The notes beneath the pieces are model-generated. The model made no database searches and was not told the origin of the DNA. It was given only the letters and a program-made list of their open reading frames with translations. A DNA stretch of 64,000 nucleotides from Saccostrea cucullata (lineage: Eukaryota): contig NW_026926606.1 of the NCBI RefSeq assembly GCF_032062105.1, positions 62,001 to 126,000 on the forward strand, written 5' to 3'. The position numbers and the translations under genes are program-made. Numbering within the stretch: position 1 is the stretch's first letter; every line of letters begins with the position of its first letter. Positions 26,149 through 38,100 of the stretch are shown in pieces.

Positions 26149-29100
26149 TCAGTTTTCTTCTTCCTCGGAGAAATAATAATCGGACTCCTCCTCCGAGTTG
26201 TCATGGTTACTGTCAGACCCACAATCCTCCATGAACAAACTCTGCAGATCGTCACTTTTACTGAAGAGTTTTTTGTTTGGTACGGGAACTTTATCCTTGG
26301 CCTGTGACAATGTAATAAACGTAAAAGAAGACGTTCACTTTTTAATCACAGAATTTTTTTGAACAAGTATTCAAGACTTTCATTTGATAGCTTAAGAAAT
26401 AAGAGGCACAAGAGCCACAATGCTCACCTGAGTAAGTTAACACTTTTATCTGTGTACAAAGATCATGACTTGAACTAAATACAGACACTTGTTTAATTGT
26501 TTTGTTATTTATAGTCTTTTCAAGAAAATACAACACAACTGTTTTTTCAGTACCTGAACTCTTAAGAGGAAACTTTGATACACAAACTGAAAGCACTAGA
26601 TCTCTACTTTATATTGAAGTTTACAGTGGGACATATAGTGTGTTAGTGAATGAATATCTTTATCTATAGGGCCATTTTAAGAATAAAGTGAACCTAGCTC
26701 TTTCAATCAGAAAGGTCACTTTACTTCTTTGGCTTTGGAGAGAAAGACTCAGGAGATCAATATTTAATTAATGATACATTACATAACCTACCGAATTTTT
26801 GGCTGTTTTGGGCTTGGTTTTGTTCACCAGTTTACGGCGCTGGATGTTCATCTTGTGCATGTACTGATCAGCTTCTTTTCTGAAAAATTCATTACTTTTA
26901 AAATACAGATAGTGTACATATATTAACATGTCTCGGTATCTATCATTTTCTCTGTCTGAGATCAATACCACTTGCCATGAGTCCTTATAACCCTAAATCA
27001 ACCTACACTGAAGTCCACAATTGTTAAATATATTTTAACATCAATATCTCAAATCCTTGAGTTTCTTGAAATTTTTCTTGACTTCAATGTCTCGGGATGA
27101 GTGACTTCTGACTTGTTGATCTGTCAGTGTCTCAGAATGGAGAATAACTGACCTGTTAATCTGTGAGTCTATGCCAGCCAGGCCTGAGGAGGGGGTTTTC
27201 TTTGTGGAGATGGGGTCCATGTTTATTCGAGTCATCGGGGTGAAGACCTTGTTCATCATATGGGGGTTCCTCTTACTGAGCTCAGTGAAGACGTCATCTT
27301 CATCAGAGAGGCGGGGCATCTAGAAAAACAAGAGAGAGGGGTTAATTTATATGATTTATATCATTTTATTTGGTGAAATAGTATTTCTTCATGTACAGAG
27401 AAGATTAAAGGTCATGGATTTGTTGAGATATTTTGTTGGAATACCTTTTTCTCACTTAACCAATTTTATTAACCTTCTCCTGGTGCCCATATGGTGTGTT
27501 GTCTACCTTTGAGAGGTGCCAATATGGAGTTTTGTTAAGATTCAAGTGATACTGATATTGTGTTATTTATCTTAAAGTGGTGCTGATAAGGTGTGGTACC
27601 AGTATGGCATGCTATTTACCTTTGAGTGGTGCCCATATAGTGTGTTGTCTACCTTTGAGAGGTGCCGGTATGATGTGTTATTAACCTTTGAGTGGTGCTG
27701 GTATGGCGTGTAGTTTACCTTTGAAGGGTGCTGGTATGGTGTGTTATTTACCTTTGAGTGGTGCCGGTATGGTGTGTTGTCTACATTTAAGTGGTGCTGG
27801 TATGGTGTGTTGTTTACCTTTGAGTGGTACCGGTTTGGTGTGTTATTTACCTTTGAGTGGTGCCAGTATGGTGTGTATATAACCTTTGAATGGTGCCAGT
27901 ATGGGGTTTGTTTACCTATGAGTGGTGCTGGTATGGCACGTTATTAATCTTTGAGTGGTGCCGCTATGGTGTGTTGTTTACCTTTAAGTGGTGCTGATAT
28001 GGTGTGTTGTTTACCTTTGAGTGGTGCCAGTGTGATGTGTGGTTTACCTTTGAGCAGTTCCAATATGGTGTGTTGTTTACCTTTGAGTGGTGTTGATATG
28101 TTGTAGTTTACCGTTGAGTGGTGCTGGTATGGCTTGGTTAACATGTGAGTGGTGCCGGTTTGGTGTGTGGTTAAACCATTGAGTGGTGCTGGTATGGCAT
28201 GGTTTACCTTTGAGTGGTGCCAGTATGTTGTGGTTTACTGTTAAGTGGTGCTGGTATGGCGTGGTTTACCTTTGAGGGGTGCCGATATGGTATGTGGTTT
28301 ACCATTGAGTGGTGCCAGTGTGGTATGGTATTTACCTTTTGAGTGGTGTGATTATGGCGTGTGTTTACCTTTCAGTAGTGCAGGTATGGCGTGTTTATTT
28401 ACCTTTGAGTGGTGCCGGTATAGCTTTTAATTTACCTTTGAGTGGTGTCGGTGTGGCGTTTGGTTTACCTTTGAGTGGTGTCGATGTGGTGTGTGGTTTA
28501 CCTTTGAGTGGGTGTCAGTATGGCATGCGGTTTACCTTTGAGTGGTGCCAATATGGTGTGTGGTTTACCTTTGAGTGGTGCCAGTATGGTGTGTTGTTAA
28601 CCTTTGAGTGGTGCCAGTATGGCGTGTGGTTTACCTTTGAGTGGTGCTGGTATGGCGTGTTATGTACCTTTGAGTGGTGCCGGTTTTGTATCATTCACCT
28701 ATGAGTGGTGTCGGTATGGTGTGGGGTTTACCTTTGAGTGGTGCCTGTATGGTGTGGTTTACTTTTGAGTGGTGCCGGTATAGCCTGTTGTTTACCTTTG
28801 AGTGGTGCTGGTATGGTTTGTTATTAACCTTTGAGTGGTCCTGGTATTGCGTGTGGTTTACCTTTGAGTGGTGCCGGTATGGTGTCCCATCAAACAGATC
28901 CTCCTGGTACACTTTATTGGACTGATCCACCAGTTCTCTCAGCTGCTGTTTCCTCTTCAGAGTTCCTCTCTTTGCTGTTAGACTGACCTGTTGTTCTGCT
29001 GTCTCTGTATTAAAGTAAACATTTATCTTACATATGTCCTTGATAATACATGCTGAAAAAGTTAAGCTAAATTGTATCGACAATGCTTTATATGACCAAA

Positions 29101-32100
29101 CACTTCCACTCTTAATTACTTATAATTCCAATCTTAATTTTATTTATTGATTCCTGTGTTTTGATTGGACAAACAAATTCAAGAAAAAGTTTACACATTG
29201 ATGAATTTTTCAATCAGAACTACTTTCTTGACCGAGCTTCTAGGCTGTTGTAAAAACAATGAAAACAGATACTTCTTGTCCGTTTTAGCTAAATTGTGAT
29301 TACAAGAAACTTGAAATAAGAAAAAGCAAAACAGGAGATAAACAGGACTGACAGACGGGAATATTAGTTTATGTCACTGTTGGATCTCAAGAGTGAATTT
29401 TAAAAAATCGCTGATCATGCTGTCATTTTCTCAACATTCAATATCAGCTCAGCTGGTATCGTTGTGATAGGGAAAAGAAACGTACCTCAGACTCTTGCCT
29501 TATCAGCATTTAAAATTCATATATTTACATCCTCAAATCCCATATTCTCCCTAAATCTTTGAACGAACCAGAGCAAATCAAGGACGTCGTCGGTCTGCAA
29601 CTTTCGCTATGAGTATGGTTGTTAATGTCAACATGACCATGGTTAAGGACAAATTTGTTCTGGAGAATACGCGTTTTTATGATATTTGTTGACTTAAACA
29701 ACATTCAATGAGTTTTTCTAAGTTTATTTATTGATTGTTTTGACAATTTAAGTTGGATTTTTTCGATATTCATTTTGTATACGTTTCTTTGCGGCATAAA
29801 GTATTCCTTCGCCGTACAAAATAACGGATTTTCTGGCGGCCTCAAAGATAAATAATTAAAAAATTTGAAATTGGAATTATAAGAATAAAACAATCTTTTT
29901 TCAGAATTTATCGATGTGTAAACTCTGCCTTTTTACTCACAAACTTAACATAAAAGTGCTTTGCACTTTTATTCAGTTTGTGAGTAAAAAGGCAGAGATT
30001 ATACATCGATAAATTCTGAAAAAAAGAACGTTTAATCCTAAAAATCACTTGGTCTATGCTTGAAAGTTCTATAGTTTACCCCCCCCCCCTTTGTTTATGA
30101 AAACTTTACCGATATATTCTAAATACACCTATGTAAATGTATGTATAAGCAAGAGGAACTGAACATAGATGAAGATTGCTTGATTTCTGCTCCTTTTTGG
30201 CTTCTGTGAATGCTGTTATGGACCCTTAGACCTTTTTAACTAACCTTTTGGTTTGGGGGGTCTGCCCCGTTTGCCTGTCTTTTTACTGGGCATCTCTTTG
30301 TAGAAATATTCCTGACATTCCTCTAGGGTTTTAGTCTTTACATGGTTCACAACCTTGCTCCAGAATTGCGGGTCACACTGGTGTAATTGCTTTGTTATTC
30401 TACACAAAAAAACATTATCTACAGCAATGGGGCAATTTTCAAGAGCATTTCAATTTTTCAATTTCAGCAAAAAACTCTTTAATTAGCATTAAAGTTTTTT
30501 TAAAAAAATAAATTAAGTATTCACACACTGCTTCCTTTTAACAAACTGCTGTTAAAAACTTAATGTATTACACTTCTCACCAAAGGGAGGGAATCCTGGA
30601 TCACTTACAGATTAAGTCTGGTGACCTCGTCCTTCCTCCACACCGATTCTTCCTTGTTCTTTTCCTCCAGCTGATTTTCTTTTCCTTCTTTTTTTGTCGC
30701 CCTGGGTTTTGATACAGACCTTTCCAGTTTATTTTGGTCACTCCTCCTCATTTTTTCCTCCTGTTTGTTATTTTGTGATTCCTCCCTCCCTTTCTCTTTA
30801 TTTAGGTCACTCCTCCTCTTTTTTTTCTCCTGTATATTATTTTTTGACTCCTCACTCCCTTTCCCTTTATTAAGGTCACTTTTCCTCACTTTTTCCTCCT
30901 GTTTATTGTTTTGCAACTCCTTTTCCTTCCCTTTTTCTTTGGATCCTTTTTTCTGTTTCCCATCCTTTATACTTTCAGCTTGTTTCTGAGATTTTGACTT
31001 GGAAGTTGCTCCGTTCTTGGACTGATTTGTCTTACCATTGGATTCACTATCAGAACTACCAGACCTCCTGTGGTTGGTTTTATTGGATTTGCTGCCAACC
31101 TTTTTTTCACTACCATTTTTATCAGAAGTTTTGTTCTTAACATGTTCCCTCGAAGTTTTAGAAATACTACTAGAATTTAATGACACATTTTTTCTGAAAT
31201 AGGTTGATCTTGACTGAAAACAAAAAGGTATTTGAGCAATTCATTATTAAATGCTTTTGATAAGAAAAAACAAAAAAGGAAAAAACATATATGCATGAAA
31301 CACTGATGTCCCCATATGGCATAGGCCTGGTCAAAACTATAATTGTGTGAATATAGATGAAAATTTGACAATTAGATTATATACAGCAGAATTAAACAGT
31401 ATCTGTGTTTTGAAGTTTCTGACCTTGTAGAAGTCTGTCATGTCCTTAGAAACACTCTCAGCAAACTGTGTCCTGTGTCGGAGGATGTAGGAGTTGGTCT
31501 CGGGGTCAACAGTGACTGACTGACCAGCGTACCAGCCCACCACAGGTTTGACAGCTCGTCCACTTCTGGTCGTCTGTACGGAGTCTAGCTTAATCACCTT
31601 ACCATCAGGTGTACACACTGTAACGCAGAGGTCAAATATCAAACACAGAGGTCAAAACAAGGTCAAATCACATTACTGTCAGGTGTACACACTGTAACAC
31701 AGAGGTTAAATATCAAACACAGAGGTCAAAACAAGGTCAAATCACTTTACCGTCAGGTGTACACACTGTAACACAAAGGTCAAAACAATGTCATATCACT
31801 TTACCGTCAGGCGCACACATTGTAACACAGAGGTCAGATCAAGGTCAAATCACCTTACCGTCAGGAGTACACACTGTAACACAGAAGTCAAAACAAGGTC
31901 AAATAACCGTACTGTCAGTAGTACACACTGTAACACAGAGGTCAAATCACCTTACTGTCAGGTGTACACACTGTAACATTGGGAAAAAAAATCTGCATTG
32001 GACAAATTTTACTGCACAGTCTGCACCTTCTACTAATTAGTGTACATATTACACATAATCTATGCCATTTATAAACAATACACACCCTCTGTGACTTTTC

Positions 32101-35100
32101 CACTGGGAACTGTAGCCTTGACCTCTTTCTTCTGCTTCTTTTTAACCTGTTCCACTTTCCTGAAATCCAAACAAACTAAAATTAATCAGTTTAATTAATT
32201 TCCTGCCCACAAATCATCAGAAGTACAACTAAATAGATTGTTAGCACGCACCCGGTGAATCGTAAACAACAACAATAACAGAGCTTGTGCCCTGTTCACA
32301 TACACTGTGCACGTTTCATTCTTACAATACTAGTACACTAGCTACGTGTGTAACTTAATTAGTCTTGGTTCTGACATTTACAATAGTACTAGGGCTGGGC
32401 AATAATATCGATATTTAAATATATAGCAATACAATAACAAACTAGAACTGTACACATGGGTTTAACACAGTAGGTGCCAATTCAGAAATATTTTATGGAT
32501 CTAGTAAGAGGTGTTCACTATTGTCTAATAAAGTGCCCCGCCACAGCATGATACGCCCATCAATATCGAACACATAAATTGGTTAGGGTCAAGAAAATCA
32601 AGTAACCTTGATTAACAGATTGACACAGATTTCAATGATCTAATTTCCATTTCTTATCATGTTTAAAATATTGTACATACATCTCTAAGAGACTTACAGT
32701 GTAGGGATTAATTAAAACAAATAAGACATCATATAATTCTAAACTGGCTGTGTTAGAGCTTAACAAATATCCATCTGCAGCTTTAAATTGTTCATTGCAT
32801 ATTTTATAAAATAATGGAAATGCTACAGTCTAATAAAAAAAATCAAAAATTAATTTTTCTTTAGACTATAAAATTCTAAGTGAGACATGACTGCAATTTG
32901 TTGCAAATATATAAAAATTGAAAATGTAATTTTTTTTTTCAATGAACACATGTATAATTAATTTTAATTATATTATACAATACTAATTCAGTTTTAATCA
33001 TACACTAAAACATCAGTTTGTTTTAATTACATTACACCAATTGAAAGATCTTTATCTGAACTACAGCCATCAAGAACTCTTAATTAACACAAGCAACTAT
33101 AAGGCCATTTCTTTTTGCCCAACTCCCAAGAGATGAATTCAGATAATACTGCATGATGCTCTTGCCAGTTAACTCCCGACAATGAACTCATTTATTTCTC
33201 TCTAATTTGACATGCACATTTCTGCTATCAAAAATTCTCCTTGACCAGTGCTTGATAATTATGCCCCTGGGACAAACTGAATTCCTCTCAAATCATTAAC
33301 ATTTGTTACAGAATTTGCCTTAAAGTATATGATAAAAAATAAGTTTTTACTTAATTTAGCATTTTTTAATAAGGATACAACTATATTTTTACATTTTTTA
33401 GGATTATGAAATTTAAAATTTTAAACACTTAGTTTTTTTTAAAAAATCACTTAAATTAAAGGTCACAGTGACCTTGAAATAGGTCGGGACACACCGTCTA
33501 CCCAAGATGCATAAATTGTCCAAGTTTGATGATTTTAACATAGTTTTCTAGTTATGAGCCAAAAAAAAACACAAAATAAAAAACAAAAAACGCCTGTAAA
33601 ATGCAGAAAAATCATCCAATCATGATGAAAATCCCAGGTGCACACCTTCATATGGTGAATAATAAGTGTATAAATTTTAAGACAAATCCATCCAATAGTT
33701 TCTGTCGGACAAAATCTTGTCTACAGACAGACGGACAGACGGACAGACAGACGGACATGGTGATTCCAATATACCCCCCTAAACTTCGTTTGCGGGGGTA
33801 TAAAAATATTATATAAGAGGATTATTTTCGTAGATTTCCTTTGCTGAAAGGACGTCACGTGACATTCCTCCTTTTGTGATAACGACGGGAAAGCGCGTTG
33901 GCGGAAAATGATAACGCACAACACAGCGTTCGGTTGCACTGAAGTTATGTAAAACGTGACGTCATAGTATGAGAAGTGTGTTTTTAACCATTGTGAAGTA
34001 ATGACAGCCAAGTCTGTTTAGTTAGGACTGTGTCAGTGCATTCACTTTGAGTGATTAAATAATATAACTATTATGGACTTCAGTGATTATAAGGATTCAT
34101 GGCAATTGATATTGACCTCAGACACAGAAAATGATAGCGACCTCGCAGGCTCGGTCACTATCACTTTCTGTGTCTTCGGTCAATATCAATTGCCATGAGT
34201 CCTTATAACCACATATTGACCTACACTGAAGTCCATAATTGTATAATATCATATCGCAATACGATTTTGTAATATCGATATATTAAAATATGCTAAGATA
34301 AGGAATTTTGTCATTAAATATAAAAATGGACTTATGAAAGTTTGTTATTAAGCCAAACAGTAAGACAGAAGTTGTTTTGTGGGAGTTTTTCAGAGCATAT
34401 CTTAAATGAAAACAACATTGTTATTTTTGCCTTGGTTACTTATCATGTTATGTACATTTTGCATGTAAATTAAAGTAAATAAAGTAAGAAAATGCAATTT
34501 TTATGACATTGAAAATATTGCAATACATATCGCAATACAGTTAAAAATATCGCAATATATCGCAATACAAAATCTCGGGCCAATACCCAGCCCTAAATAG
34601 TACACCACCTGGGTATCTATTTTAGCCTCAGCTCTAACATTTCTTACTTTATAGATGACTGCTCCTTCACTTGACTGACTTTCTCCTTTGACTTAACTGT
34701 CCTGACTTTTGTGACTGGCTTTTTGGGGACATCCTTCTTTAATTTCTCCTTTCTCTTTGTTGTTTTGGCTACGTCTTTTGATTTTTGATTTTCCTCCTCT
34801 GAGTTGAGAGTTTTCTCTGAGGGTTTTAATGTTTCATCCAATAAACTCACATTGTCCTCAACATCATCATCGACTGCAGCATCTACGTCGTGAAAATGAT
34901 AAATCAATCAAACAGAAAACAGTAATTACCAGTTTTATGATAATCTCAATTATTCAACAATATTACAAGGAAACTTGTCTATAATCAAGATGCTGTGTAT
35001 TCCAAAATTTTGTCTAATAAGATTTATTTATCTGATCAGATATTTCCACAATCAAAAAACGAAATTAAGAATGTAAAATAAAGTACTGTAAACCAAGTAT

Positions 35101-38100
35101 TATACGCGTGCGATAAATATCATCGAGTTCCGCGACAATTAATTTTCGTGATAGAGGAAACATTATTTACAAATACTTAGCAAAATAATTTGTTCTAGAA
35201 GCAGTTGAAGTTTTATTACAAACATTCAGAAAAAATATATAAACGAATGGAAAATCTAAAAATATTTGTCTAAAACGATTAAAATGTCAATAAATATTTC
35301 AGCTTATGTTATTATTAATCATTTATTGTCACAGACAGATAAAATTTAATTATGGCCTAGTCCTGCTCCGTCCCAACCATTTATAATAATTGCCCTTTGG
35401 CTATGTAGGTCTTGTAAAGCATCAATTACCCAATTAGCACGAGGTACTTTTACACTTGAAAGTTTTAAACCAACTTAAATCTCTTCGATTTTTTAAAACA
35501 ATTTTCATTCGAGCGTCGTGAATAATGCGTATATAAGAAGTATACTCATGGTAACATTTTACCTTCTTTAGGTGCGGATATAAGATTTTAAATAGATGTA
35601 ATCCACAGAATGTCTTAAATAATACATAAGCAGTACTCACGGTAGCATTTTACCTAGTTTATGAGCGGATATGAAATTTTGATGCAAAATATAAAATACT
35701 TGTGGAAATAAAAAAAAGATGACCACTTGTTTGCAGAAATAAATCGTCGCGGATTAGTTCTCCAGCGGTCAGTCGCGAATAAAAAATGACGCATATAATA
35801 ATTGGTTTACAGTAAATAAAAATGAAATGTAAAATTGATACCATTTTGTGATAGGTTAACTTTAGACTTTGACGATCCTCTGAAATATAAAGAAGAAATT
35901 TATTATATGTGTCTTTAAAATGCAAATTTTGAGTTTCAGTGGCTAAAACTTTTAAAAGAGCATCAAGGCTTTATTGAAAAGATATGTTTCATGAAATTCA
36001 AAGATATCAATTAAATGCATGTATTTCAAACCAAACATTTCATCATATGAAGAACGGTGGAGTCATTGATTTTCCTAAGTCCAAGGGGGCATAACTCTAT
36101 CCAAATTGACTTGATCATACCCAAAACAAAACTTGGCCTAGATATTCTCATGATAAATCTGTACACCAAATTTCATTTCAACATTGCAACCTCCATTCTT
36201 TGAAGAAGGGGGGGAAAATTAGATAATTACCCAGAGAAGAACATGTCCATCACCTCTCTCCAGTGAACAGGGAAACCAGACAGAAATTCTCTTATTGTTT
36301 GATCATCAAATCCTACAATGAAACACAACCAAATCATTCAAACCCTACAATACAACACAATCAAATCATTGTTTTGAATTTCACTGTAAGATTTAAAATT
36401 AGAGTGGATTGGTAAATATTACACTGGATGGGTAAATGTTACAGTAGATGCCTAGATGGGTAATTACATACAATTTTGACCTAAATCTGACCTCCTGAGT
36501 GAGCGTCCTCGATTTCCATGTCTCCCATTAAGCGATACACCTTGCCGCTGACAGTAATGACCAGGTGAGATTCGAGCCTGTCCGATATCAGACTGGAATG
36601 CCAGTACGTGTCATCATCCTCTCTACAATCAACCAATAGGAAAACATTAAAACAGATTATAATTACAATAAACAAATGTAAGGTTGCCAGATATTCTATG
36701 ATAACACTAAATTCCATTTCACCATGGTCACTGGTATTCGTAAAAATATATATTTTTGATAAACAGAAAAAGTTCAGATAATTTTTGCTGATCAATAAGA
36801 GATAACCATATGAAACAATAAAATTAGCACTAAAAAAAGCCTGTAAATGTAGTACCCTCGATATCTTGAATCCTTGGATAACTCAATGTTTTTATTATTT
36901 TTTTCGATCCTATTAAGTTCAATATAATGAGGTTTGACTGTATATCCATGTAAATCTAAATACTTGGGACTAGAATAATATAAACAAATTTATCTGACTC
37001 AGGTATAGAAAATTTTCTAGAGAGGTACATGCAGTGACATACTTAAGCTTTCCTTCAACACAGGGACCTGAGTTATCCGGTAAAACTTTGATGATCCAAG
37101 AGTAAAGAGTCTGGGCTTCTGGGATAGAAGTCACCTGAAAAAGGGACTAAATCATCAGCAATGGAAAATATAAAGGTAATAACAGGTATACAGAAAAAAT
37201 TTTACTCTCCTCAGATAGGTAACTTCACAGTGAAAATGGTATTTAACTTAAAACATGATAAGCTCCGGCCTGTATAATAAGAGTTTTATGAATATCTTAC
37301 CTCACTCCCACAATTCCCTTTTAGACTACCTGAAACACAGATTACATAATAAGTGTATACACTTTAAATCGATAATTTATGATGGAGCTCATTTAAAAAT
37401 TAAAACTGAAACCATGCTAATTATCTTACTAGACTGTTCCTCCTCAGATCAATATCACAATTCAATCACCCTTTTTCTTATAAAATGGACACAAACCCTT
37501 AACAATCAGATTTAAAATTTTCATCTAAAAATCAATTTATAAGATTCTTCCTACACTTACTATTCTCTTTTTCATTGTTGCGCAAAGGATAGATATTTGA
37601 CGCCTCGGAAAAACTCTCGTTCTCATCCGACGTGGACATTACTTTATCATCCATGTTCTCGTGAATAACCCGCATCACCCCGGCCACTGGCTGCTGATGA
37701 GGGAGGGGGCTGTGAAAACCATTTCTAGGAACGTTGTTCTGTGGAAACCGGTTACAGCAAAAGCTGTCCTGACATAGATCCACACTACATGACTTTGTAC
37801 GCAGCTCATGTTGCTGGAAATTTCTCCATCCTCCATGGGAACTGAAGGAGTCTCTTAGATTTGTCTGATTTTGATAGCCGTGTTCTGATTGGTTGTGAAT
37901 CAGTATCGGCCTACACGATTGGCTCTGCAGCCTGTGTGTCTCTGTCGGGGGCCTCTGAAGGTGACATTGGGGTACAACTGATCTAACGGAGTGGTCACGG
38001 TTGCCATAGTAGCTGTAGGCGGGGGTACTGGTCAAAAAGGAACGTTGTTCTGGGTGAGGAAGATAAAACTCTGACTCTGTTGCATGAGATAGGGACAAAT

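Larger units (their letters stand above)
32390..34595. mobile_element. hAT-type MITE containing nested Helentron and fold-back insertions
   Basis: TIRs TAGGGCTGGG / CCCAGCCCTA; 8-bp TSD AATAGTAC (32382-32389 and 34596-34603); subterminal ATCGCAATA repeats. Confidence 0.85.

Noticed and set aside
25926-26255. 109-aa ORF as the last MIS18BP1 exon
   Set aside because: Wrong frame; the spliced phase-0 frame gives the conserved EEESDYYFSE end and stops at 26149.
27480-28885. CRISPR-like appearance of the regularly spaced CCTTTGAGTGGTG core
   Set aside because: The intervening sequence is a degenerate copy of the same unit rather than unique spacers; eukaryotic intron; no cas genes.
27688-28925. 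Repetitive ORFs (FTFEWC..., LPLSGAG...)
   Set aside because: They are translations of the 33-bp minisatellite, mostly antisense to MIS18BP1.
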